Shown here one piece after another: positions 53,535-64,000 of a stretch of DNA of 64,000 nucleotides. The notes beneath the pieces are model-generated. The model did no database searches and was not told the origin of the DNA. It worked only from the letters and a program-made list of their open reading frames with translations. Location of the stretch: assembly GCA_965112155.1 (NCBI GenBank), contig OZ218101.1. The stretch is one strand, 5' to 3'. This DNA comes from Podarcis liolepis. Its lineage: Eukaryota. Made by a program: the position numbers and the translations under genes. Positions within the stretch are counted from its first letter, which is position 1; each line of letters begins with the position of its first letter.

Positions 53535-53690
53535 GCAGCACATTACACTTACTTTGAACCACATCTGCCAGTTTGTGGCCCATTCACCCAGTTTGAAGAA
53601 ATTTGTTTGGAGTTCCTCCTAATCTATTTTTGTTTTTACTACCCTGACTAATTTGCTGCTTCATTGATGCTTCCTAACTGCAGGGTCATT
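53535..53690 (-). mobile_element. Old CR1 internal (RT region) fragment
   Basis: cacttactttgaaccacatctgcca.tttg.ggcccattcacccagttt; the minus strand reads like LGEWA.NWQM.F.V.KC. Confidence 0.55.
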
Positions 53691-53699
53691 TCTTGCCTT

Positions 53700-54110
53700 A
53701 GCTCAGTTTCTTTCACTTTTTCATTTTTCCAGTCTTAAGTTCAGCAAACATTTTCAACTCATTTTGCATTTAAAAAAAAATGTTTTTAAAAATTCATCAG
53801 CATTTCAGTACACATTTCTCCTGCTGTTGTTACACATTTCTATCTTATTATAAGATGTTTGCAAATCAATTTCCCCTGAAATAATGTTTCTTGTATGTCA
53901 TTTTCACTAATATATGCATTTTAAATAGATACTTTAACACAGAATGGCATTTTTATACACATTACTTGGATAGAGAACCATACAGTATTGCAAAATTCAA
54001 ATAGGTACTAAATTTTCAAAGGACAGTTGTGCTTCAGTCCTTGTATTGTTTCATAAACTAAAAATTAGGTCGTTTCACTTAAATGTGAATCAAATTTCTC
54101 CCCCATTCCT
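53700..54110. mobile_element. hAT-type MITE (TAGG.ATG terminus)
   Basis: Homologous to 10680-11011; ends caaatttctcccccattccta. Confidence 0.55.
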
Positions 54111-54945
54111 ATCACCACATAGGACCCACTTAAGCTTAAGTGTAAGGTGACCTTTAAGAATGAATCATCAAGGTACAATAACAATGAAATAATCTAAATA
54201 TGGAAAGCAATGGAAAATAATGTTGTGGCTTGGATAAAGAGTACCATGCTGATGATAGAATATTGTGCTGTGTGTTCAATCTTTCAGATGAGTATAAAGC
54301 ATTCTTGATCCCTCAAAGCTTACAGAAGAAGACAGCCTTTCGGAAAGGTTAATCAATCCCAATGGCACACCCTCCCCTTCATTTACAGAAATCAGGTTGA
54401 CTAACTGTGAAGGAAAAAGAGCAAGGCAGGGTATGGACACCCTGGAGTAATGTATGCTTTTCCATCACTATGATGAAGACTTGTTTCTAGACTGTCTGAG
54501 CAAGTTTGACAGATTTTCAGAAATGGATGCAAGCACTACCACTCACCATAACAAGTCTTCTGTAACTAAGTCTCATACATCTTTATTTATATGTAACTCC
54601 CATTTGTTATGGGAAATTTGAATAAACCATGTCCTAGAGAGGTTCTTAAATGTGATTATATCTGCATGTTTCATATCTGTGGTCTATTCAGAGCATTACT
54701 TGCATAGTGTGGATCAAATCTATGTTGTTCCCCATCCCTAAGCACTGCTGCCATATATTTACACTATGCAGTTTGAGTGGAACATAGAGGTTCCACATAT
54801 ATGCAATGCGTTACCTGAACCTACAAACACCTTTCAAGAGTCAAGCCTTTTGTCTGAACACTTCAAAAGTGTGGCCAACTGGTCTGTGGAAAGTACCAAA
54901 ACAAAACATATTTCTAAGTTTTTATATGGTCCCATCATCACTATA

Positions 54946-55033
54946 TACCGTATTTTTCGCCCTATAGGATGCACTTTTTCCCCTCCAAAAATGAAGGGGA
55001 AATGTGTGTGCGTCCTATGGGGCGAATGCAGGC
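54946..55033. mobile_element. Tc1/mariner (Tc2/pogo-like) MITE end
   Basis: TA+CCGTATTTTTCGCCCTATAGGA terminus with internal inverted copy cgtcctatggggcgaa. Confidence 0.65.
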
Positions 55034-55559
55034 TTCAGGAGAAATTTCTTGGTTTTGAAATTTTGGTTCCAGATTATAATTTGCAAATATGTCGTCCAAA
55101 TCAATGTGCACTAGAACCTTAATTCAATCAGTAATTTTTATAGGCAATACAGACGCTTCACAGCATTGCTATGACTGCAGTTCTGGAGAACATTATAAAG
55201 ATTTGTTTCCTTGTAATAAGTCTCCTTAAATATAACCGCATTATGATGTCTTCTTAACCGATTAAAAGGTGACACATATACAGAGCCAAAACATACTAAC
55301 ATTTTCCCCAATAGTGTCTGTCATTCAATGAACAGTTTATCAGCTGCCATCCGCCATATGGAAAAGCCTCCTTTATCCTCCAGTATGGGATTGGAGTGGA
55401 ACAAAAACAGCAGGCTTTTCTGTTGAGATTAGAAGAATCTGCAAAAAACAGAATTGCAGCCAACTGTATCTGCATGTACCAATGGGATGGACACCATTTA
55501 CGAAATTCTGTTCCATCACAGCATGGCACAGGTTTTAAGTGTGCACCTTCAGGTAGAGC

Positions 55560-55895
55560 CTTTACTGTGCGTTTTGGGTTGCTGATCAACAGGCGCCCGA
55601 GGGAGGAATCCTCACCCTGGTCACTCAAGTGAGACCTTGCCAGATTGGCTTACACAATGACAAGGTTCAATGCTGGCCGACTCCCAAGGAACAGGTTTGG
55701 CACAGTCCAACCCCTGCTGAGCCAATTCCACCAGCATCAAGTGTATGGAATGATGAACTGATCCGTGCCCTACTGCCATGCCAACCCTTACCCTACTTCA
55801 CCCCAACACCTGGTGTCTTGTCTGCTTATTTGCCATTCTTCTGGATCACATCATGCACCTGCCAGGGCAACCGTTACATGCCAATAGCCTAAGAC
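55560..55895 (+). mobile_element. Diverged member of the LTR/DIRS-like family at 5.9 kb and 10.2-10.7 kb
   Basis: ccagca...tgccatgccaaccc...gtgtcttgtctgcttatttg parallels 10516-10633. Confidence 0.35.
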
Positions 55896-58297
55896 AAAAA
55901 GCAATTGCCATTCAATGTAAATTAAATATATCAAAGAAGCAAGGGGTTTTTCTTCTTCCATTCAATGTGATTTCATGCAGGTGAGAGTAGTAAGTAAACT
56001 GAAATTGCCCAAGGTGGTCTTAGGCTTGGACATGCAAATAGAGAAGGTACTATCTGTATTAGACACTACTGAAAAAATAATAAAATGGAGAGAAATAGAG
56101 TCCAATATTCTTTAGCTTGTTGACAGTGGTGAATGTCTGCAGCATGCTGTAGACATGCTGATTTTTGATTTGGTAAATGGAACCTGCAGTAATTCATAGA
56201 TGTACATATCACAGAAGCATCCAGACCATAACCAAATGAATAGAAAATCTAATATGAAGAAATAGTGGGAGGTGGGGGGGGGGGACAGGATGCGTAAAGC
56301 TGAAATGAGATTGACAACATTACAAATTGCACACCAAACAGAATGGAGAAAAAGTCTAGCAAATCCTCATATTTACAGTGGAACAGACATAAACCCCAAG
56401 AAGAATGGCTGGATGCTGAATGAATGCTGGCAGTTTCACACCTCCCCATTCTCTATGTGGTGGTTTGTTGCAGATGAACTCCTCATGGCATGGAGCCAGT
56501 TGCCATGGAAAGTAATGCACAGCATCTATAGGGTATTGGTCCAAAATTGTCCATTGAAAGTTAAGCATTTGTTGATGTTTGATCAAAGTCAGGTTCTACT
56601 CTCAAAGGGAAGGGCTCTTATTACCATCATGAATGGTAATTTATATCACAATTTTAATGGCTTTGTGATGGGAGAAACTTCCTATTGCTCAGGGCACAAG
56701 TTAGAGGAAGTTACAAAAGGAAATGTTTTTTTCTGATCAAAGATCTATTATTGCTACAACTTTTAAAAATAAAAAAGGTTTTAAATCTTTTTAATACTAA
56801 CATTTTTCTCTGCTGAATGGTGCTTTTGACTTCTTTGATAAATGCACTAGATGATCTCTGAAAGTGGGTCTAAGCATGTATTATTATTGGTCGTAGTTCT
56901 GCTAGATTTTGCCTTCTGCAACTGCACTTAGATTTGTTATTGATGACCAAAAGGGTCACCAAATAAGGGTCCATTGATCCAGTCATGTGACTCTTGAAGC
57001 TGTATTGGGGAAATGAAGGAAGAACAGGAAGCTACCGGATCCCAGTAAAAGAGGGCACTGAAACTGTGAAGAGGTGTCAAGGGAATAGGAAAGTATGAAA
57101 AACTGCAAGCTATTTTCCTTTGTTGTCTGAAAGGACAGTAAAGCCTTTTAAAAAAGAAAAAAAAGGTTGCAGTATACTTCAGAGCATGTCTACATTTTTG
57201 TTTTGTTTTGTTTTGTGTTTAATGAGCGTATATTTGAGAGATCATGTAATAGGAAGTAAACAAAATCAATCTCATAATAATTTATCATGCAGCTGACCAC
57301 ACCCATAACCAAACAAGTATTGCTTTAGGATTTTAAGAATGCTCTCTGCTGCTGAGACTTGTACAATATTTATAAGGCTCAAAACCCATTCAGATGTTCA
57401 TCCATTCCTATGCAATGTTTGCTACAACCTTCATCAATAAAGAACATCCAGGTCAAGTTAATATGCCGTAGTAAAAATTCCTGTTGATTAAAAATGTAGT
57501 TCCCTCTTTCCATTTTCTCTCAAAATGCCAAAGAATATAAAATATTTTGCATATTCATGTTATTCCAGTGACACTGTGTACAGAATTCAGAGATAGTGTA
57601 TTTCATCAACAAGTGAAAAATGTTGCCTTAACATGACATTTGTGAAGATTTTCACATTTGGTATTATTACAACTGTCATTTCTAAGCTCTGATAATGAGC
57701 CCTGATTATATGGTGTACAAAACAAAACAAAACATATTTTCCTAGCCTCAAGTAGTCTATTATCCTGAATGAGAAATGCACATTCAGAGCGGGAGGGGGA
57801 AATAATAATAATTTTTCACTAAATGTGCCCCTCAAGGAATTTGATCTTATCTTCCTTGCTAATAAAGAGCAGCTATGATATTAAAGCAGAAATTCATCTA
57901 CATTTTCTCAAGGCTATTGCAATCACTGGTTGAAGAATTTTGCATTTGGAAATAACCGTTAGAGTTTGGGTGTTCATTCCTGATTAAAATTTATTGTCTA
58001 TAATTTTCTATTTATTTTTATTGATGCTTCATTTGGTAGAAACAAATCATTTAAGGTCATGCTGCAACTTTTCTTTGATAGCATTTTGAGTATGCTTTTA
58101 TGCAGAAGTGCTTGGTCTGATCTTATAAAGTCTCTTCAGCTCTCTCACTCTCTCTGTTTGCATTTGTTTCAGACAAGCAGGATGTAACTATCAGCTCCTG
58201 TTCTTGTTGTTACGAATGACTGGTCTGGTATCTCAACAGTATTGAGGGGGTATTTTGGAAACTCATTGATGACCCATATGCTTATTCTGTTGAACAG

Positions 58298-58438
58298 TTA
58301 CAGGTAGGTAGCCGTGTTGGTCTGCCGTGGTCGAAACAAAATAAAAAAACTTCCTTCCAGTAGCACCTTAGAGACCAACTAAGTTTGTCTCTAAACAAAC
58401 TTAGTTGATCTCTAAGGTGCTACTGGAAGGAAGTTTTC
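58298..58438. mobile_element. Penelope-like element remnant with inverted pseudo-LTR ends
   Basis: ggtagccgtgttggtctg...gtagcaccttagagaccaactaagtttg plus its inverted copy (43-bp arms); flanked by TATTCTGTTGAACAG (58283-58297) / TATTCTGTTTAACAG (58439-58453). Confidence 0.72.
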
Positions 58439-58954
58439 TATTCTGTTTAACAGAGCACACAAAATATTATATAATTCCTTGAACACATAGATGTTTTCTA
58501 CCCAACAACAGGGTAGGAAACACTTGAACATATGCAGAGAAAAAAATAGATTTGTATTGGAGCAGATAGTAAGTTCATACCCAAATTCTTGTTTTTGAAT
58601 TAGCATGGCACACTGATATTTTCAGTGCATTCCCACTATCACCTACAGATTTGGAAAAGCTCTACTGAAATAGCAGTTTTGTGATAGGCTAGTTTAGGAA
58701 CACATAAATGCAAAGACCCTCAGTGTTAGGGCATCTGCTTTTCATGCAGACCATCCAAGATTCAGTCCCTTCAATGGGATGCTACTCACCTGCTACTTAT
58801 AGGCCAATACTGCAGCTGCATCCCTGGGGTCAAATGTCACTCTGCAAGACATGGGGGTAAATACATCAACACACATTCAATCCACTTCAACTGATTCAAA
58901 ATACGTCCAGATCTGGCTCAGGCTGCTTTTAGAACTCACATAGACGCTTTTCTA

Positions 58955-59286
58955 AAACAGCTGTGCTGGCTCCCAGTTCATTTCCACACCCAGCTGAAGG
59001 TGCTGATGCTAGTGTTTAAAGTCCCAAATGACTTAGGCTCCCTGCAGACCCTCTCAAGTGTTAAGATCAGCAGAGGGAGCCCTCTTGGTAGAGCCACTGC
59101 CCTCAGAATTTCACTGTGGGCTGGGAGAGGGTTTTCTCTGTGACAGCACTTAAATTGTGGAATTCCTTCCCCAAATAGGTACATCTGTCATCGTCACTAT
59201 ACAGCTTATAGCAAATTCTGAAGACTTATATTTACCCTAACCTTTAAGACTTGAGGTGTGTGTTGTCAGAACCCATGCTATTTTTA
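58955..59286 (+). mobile_element. Old L2 3' fragment (left part, interrupted by RTE)
   Basis: ctggctcccagttcatttcc..ccagctgaaggtgctg (WLPV.F..Q.KVL-like) and gagagggttttctctgtgacagcacttaaattgtggaattccttccc; tail resumes at about 60041-60110. Confidence 0.65.
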
Positions 59287-60040
59287 TGATGCTTAGCTGG
59301 ACAAGCATACTGGCAAAACAGCTACAGCAATGGCTCATCTCTCCAAAATGGTACTGGAGAATGTGATGCTAATGTCCAATCCCAAGACGAAGGTCTATCA
59401 GGCTTGTGTGTTGAGCACGCTGCTTTACGGGAGTGAGTTGTGGGCAACTTACACCTGCCAGAAGCAACTCCTCAGTGCCTTCAGCATGCGCTGCATCAGG
59501 AAGATTTTGGGCATCAGATGACAGGACAGAGTCTCAAACAAAGATATGCATTCCCAGGCCCACATTCCCAGCATGTTCACACTCCTGCTCGGTGACATCT
59601 GCACTGGCTTGATCATGTCCACAGTTTAGAAGATGGCAGGATTCCCAAGGACCCTGTTAGCAGACCAGCTCTGCATGACAAAGATGCCTGCAAGCATAAC
59701 ATGAAGGCTGGCAACATTAACCCCACTGTGTGGGAATCTCTTGCAGATGACCACAGTGCCTGGAGACAATCAGTCAGGCTGTGTATCCATAGCAGAGACC
59801 AAAGGAAGAATGACTGCTGGGAGCAGCATGGAAATAAAATAATGCCATTGTACACCTGCATCAGCACAACCAGACACCTTCATCTGCCCTAGCTGCAACA
59901 AAACATGTCTTTCCCATATTGGTCTCCATAACCATAGCAGGCACTGTAACACTCAGACAGTTTGCCTGCACCTCTGAAGGCAAACTCTTCCACTGTTTCC
60001 CAAGACAGACAGTTGCCAAACAAACAAACAAACAAACAAA
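59287..60040 (+). mobile_element. Non-BovB RTE-clade LINE, 5'-truncated and decayed
   Basis: KVYQACVLSTLLYGSE.W.TY...L.AF.MRCIRKILGI (ORF 59330..59521), DGRIPKD, WESLADD.SAWRQ.V, C-terminal CPSCNKTCLSHIGLHNHSRHC zinc finger; (CAAA)n tail. Confidence 0.88.
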
Positions 60041-63000
60041 CTGTTTTTAACTTCTGAATTTTAAATTGTAACCTATCTGGGGACCAGCTGGTGAAGAGCA
60101 GGGTAATCACCATAGCAACAACTTGTGAGCAAGCATTATGAACTAGCCCTTTGTTACATGTGAAAAGGGTAACAACAACAACTTGCTCCAGCAGCATATA
60201 TACTTTTTGGTTTTGTAGTCATCCCCACAATCCATGGCCCCATATGTTTTTATATGAGAACATAATTTCATATGTTCATTTGGCTTTAATTCTAGAGAAG
60301 TAACACATTTGACTGGCAAACCACTTAATATAGAATATATCTGAAGATTGAAGAAGACAGGCATAGTATATATTAAATATGTACTGGCCAACATTCAGCA
60401 TGCTACATTACTCAGTTTATTCACTCCAAGATTTAACTCACATGACTACCTCCACAGAATATTTCTAACCTTGGCACATTTCCCAGGACCTTATATTTTG
60501 GAAAGAGATTTAAGTTAAGTTGTTAATTCTGCGCTGAATAAATCCTCCTGTCTCAAGAGAAATGTATAAGATCGTTAAAATAATCCATCCTTTTCTACCA
60601 AAATTGAGGTTAATTGATCTATAGAGAGTCTTAAAGAATCTACCTTTTTACTCTCTTCTATAATCCACCAAGGGATAGTTCAGTTTTGGGAGACCTTCAG
60701 TATTCTATCCTTTCAATAACACCAAAGCTTCCACACACACACAGACACCCTTCAGAATAACAAAGATGACTACTTTAAGGAAAGTTGTTTAAAATTAAAA
60801 TATTTATAATGAAAGACTCAAACAAGTGCATATTCATAGTTATATTAGAACAAAGTGCTATGACTTCCATATATGGCAGTCATGTGTCCTACTTTACAGG
60901 GCACAGCTGTCTATTTGGAGTCCTAAAAGCTATTCAGGCCAAGTCCAGTTTAAAAGAACAAGTGGGAAAGCAGCGGCCTTGAAATTGCCCATCAACAGAC
61001 TGTGCAGGCACACAAGTCACCTGCCATCGTCTTCCTCACTATGTCTTGTATTTGTATTTAAATTAAATGTATTAGTTCTAAATATTCATGGATGCATATA
61101 TAAATGTGCACATGCCATTTTATCGGATCTGTGCCTCCTTTTCTGATTATACATTTCTCCTTCTGCTTTTTGGTATTGTGTAAGTGGCCAAGCAATAGAA
61201 ATATTTACTTTTATGGGTTATAGTTCAGCAGAAGTCAAGGGTTTCAAGTTCTATTCAGTTCAATAGGAGACAAAAGTATCTCATAGAAATTAAAGGAATT
61301 TAAGATTTCTTAACATTTTTTGGATTGTGCTCTTATGGTGCAGGAACAAGCCCTTGAGGTGTACATCCCAAAACTTAAGTGAAGATAAAAGCTTCCAGAT
61401 CATTTCAGTTGAACAGCAGATCAAGATACAGATCCATGAAGATCTTATTCACCACATGTGTGATCAGTTCTAAGGTGAGCTGGCCATTGAAAACAACCAT
61501 AGGACAACCCTTATTTCCCAATGATGGCATAAGCAAGCTTTCTGCCTGCAAAACGGCATCACATTAGGATATAAATATTCCAAATACTTTCAGTTTCTTC
61601 TTGGCACTGTGCTTCCCAGAGAAAGGGGGTGGGGAGAGAGAGAAGGGAACAAACAACAAAAGATAATGAAACTTAGTGCATATAAATATGCACTAAAATC
61701 TTAACAGACAAGGTTAACGCTTTGGGGCATCCAATCTATCTTTTAAATATGCATTGTCAGACAAGCCTGAGACAGTACCAAAATATGTTTCCTTCACAGT
61801 AAATCTCCATCAGGATTGCCATTATTGATCAGTACAGTCAGTAACTGAATCTATCCATGGGATTCAACACTATCTGTCTTCATATTATATAGCCCCTTCC
61901 TCCTGCCAGAGCCCATTAAACTGTCACCTCTGGACTTTACATCATTTTTATTTGAGGGTCCTAGTGAAAGTTTGCAGCCCTTACTTGTCTTTAAAAATAT
62001 AGCAATGCTCTGAAGTATGGCATCCTGAAAATTCCATTTCACATCCCTTGCTTTGTCTCTTGCTATCTTTCGTGGGGAAAGAAGGGCAAATTTAATAGGT
62101 TTTAAACAGCATGATATCACAAAGACCAAGCAATAGAAATATTTAAATTAGACATTTGATACATAATTCCTCAGACCCCCATCAAATGTCGTTGAGCTTT
62201 TGTTGCACACTTCTGCTTAGAGAAGTATGTGAGTCACGTTTGCTTTGTTAAGGTGCTCGCTTTGATGTGCAAATAAATGACAAAGTTCAGATAAGAAAAT
62301 TCAATATGTTTGCTGTGTATTTTAGGTCTTTGATGGAAACAGATGAGGTTCAGTCACACTGGGGAGGGGAGGTGGAGTTGGTCCCAGAAAATGTCATCAG
62401 GAAAAATTTGAATTGTATTTAATAATTGCTGGAAAATATATTTTAGTGGGATATGAGTACAATCAAAGCTTGTACACGAAGGGGTGAAGAAGAAGAAATC
62501 TCTTTCCATAATTCTGAAGTGGAAACGTTTGTACATCTAGTGCCTTAATATGAAACAGTTTTGTTGATTTCAGATGAACACACTTCCACTTTTAATATAT
62601 TAAAATGAAAGAAAAGCACATTGCAATCAATGACATTTACTTACAAGGAAATGGTTTCAAAGCAAGGTCTTATTACAAAAATAAAAGCTGACTATTGATA
62701 ACTGCTTGATGAGGAAAACTAGCTGCCTGACAGAAAAGAATCTGGATTAGGAATCATGATCTTCATACATCTGTGAGCAGATCGATCATTAAACAAGGGT
62801 TGGTGAACCTTTGAGCATCCAGATGTTGAATTTCAGCTCTCAGCAGCCTCAGCCAGCACAACCACTATTTAAGTTATAGTGCAAGATATTTGGGGCTACA
62901 ATTTCCACAATATTGGTAATCACTGTACTAAAAGCTGAAAATATACATATTCCTATAAGAACATAAAAGGAACTCTGCTGGGTAAGACCAAAGAGAGGCC

Positions 63001-64000
63001 AACCAAATATAAAGATGCTTAGTACATACGTATTTGTTTGTATATGTCGGTAATGTTATGAGATAATGAACATCAACTATATGTCTCTCAGGGCACTCAG
63101 AGGTTTACCCCATTTCAGGATACACCTGAGTACTTCCTACTCTTCTGTCTATGCCCCAAACAACTACAATTTCTGTTATACAAATATTATTGGTCCCATC
63201 AGAGCTGTGGAGAAAGCTTTGGAATTGCAATACCAGGACAAAATGCAAGATGAAGAACAACTAAAATAAGGGGACAAAAGCATCCAGCTCAGAATGTTCT
63301 GATCCACTTTTATTGCCCCATATATTAGATACCTATTTTCTTAATTTAAATGTCATCCCATAAATCAGAGTGCTAAACATTTTCCCCCAAACCAGCATGC
63401 GTCACAGGATCCAAGCCTGTGCTTCATTTGAGTAACTAAAACCTGCTCACCCTTGCCCTAAAACTAGAAGTAGAATATGTGTCCTTTTCTCAATCCACAG
63501 ATGTGCTGGAGTGAAATAATTCAAAACAGCTTGAGCTGCGCACATTGCCAACTACTGAAAACCAACTGTGCATTTCCATTTCATAGAACGATGCCTGCTC
63601 CTGGCTTGATCACGCTAAGCCTCCTTAGGCTACCTAGTGCAGCATCACTTTGAGCACAACAGTGGTATCAAACAATGGAAGTAATTCTCAATCCGATTTA
63701 TTCTCATGCCTCCCAAAATGAAAACAAATGTGAAATTAGAGAGAAGCAGTAATCTTCAACCACATGTCGCTGTGTAATTCGCAAGGAGGCAACTGTCATC
63801 TCAGGAACACATCAGCTGTTGTTTGTAATACAGAGGCAAGGAAAAATATGTGAGGATGGCAAAATGCCAGATACTATTATTACTTTGTGCCTATGGCTAC
63901 TAAAATGCACTGAATATTTTGACCCAGTGCAACTGGGACAGATCTAGATATACCAGCTAAAATACTGCGCAGCATCAGAAAATAAGTATCATTTTAAAAG

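Noticed and set aside
56272-56736. 154-aa plus-strand ORF
   Set aside because: No recognisable domain, random-like composition and no convincing exon context

Overview
Eukaryotic, vertebrate genomic DNA. The repeat content indicates a squamate reptile, most likely a lacertid lizard (Sauria SINEs, BovB, a CORE-type SINE with a (CTT)n tail, a tRNA-Lys SINE with a CR1 tail). The window is AT-rich and reads as a large intron or gene desert. I cannot identify any host protein-coding gene. The recognisable ORFs are decayed fragments of LINE ORF2 (L2, BovB, a second RTE lineage), and the rest look like chance ORFs or translated microsatellites. It holds many 5'-truncated LINEs, SINEs, hAT- and Tc1/mariner-type MITEs, a clean solo LTR with a 5-bp TSD, a Penelope-like fold-back remnant, microsatellites and a 195-N assembly gap. 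There are also several repeat-free stretches that could be conserved enhancers. The most unusual items are: an unclassified LTR/tyrosine-recombinase-like repeat family with one copy bracketed by a perfect 23-bp direct repeat; two nested insertions with visible TSDs; a 43-bp near-perfect hairpin; a dense transcription-factor motif cluster near 62.2-62.3 kb; and a weak chain of minus-strand exon-like segments. I found no convincing evidence of a new multi-gene system. Family names come from my recognition of the sequence, not from database searches.
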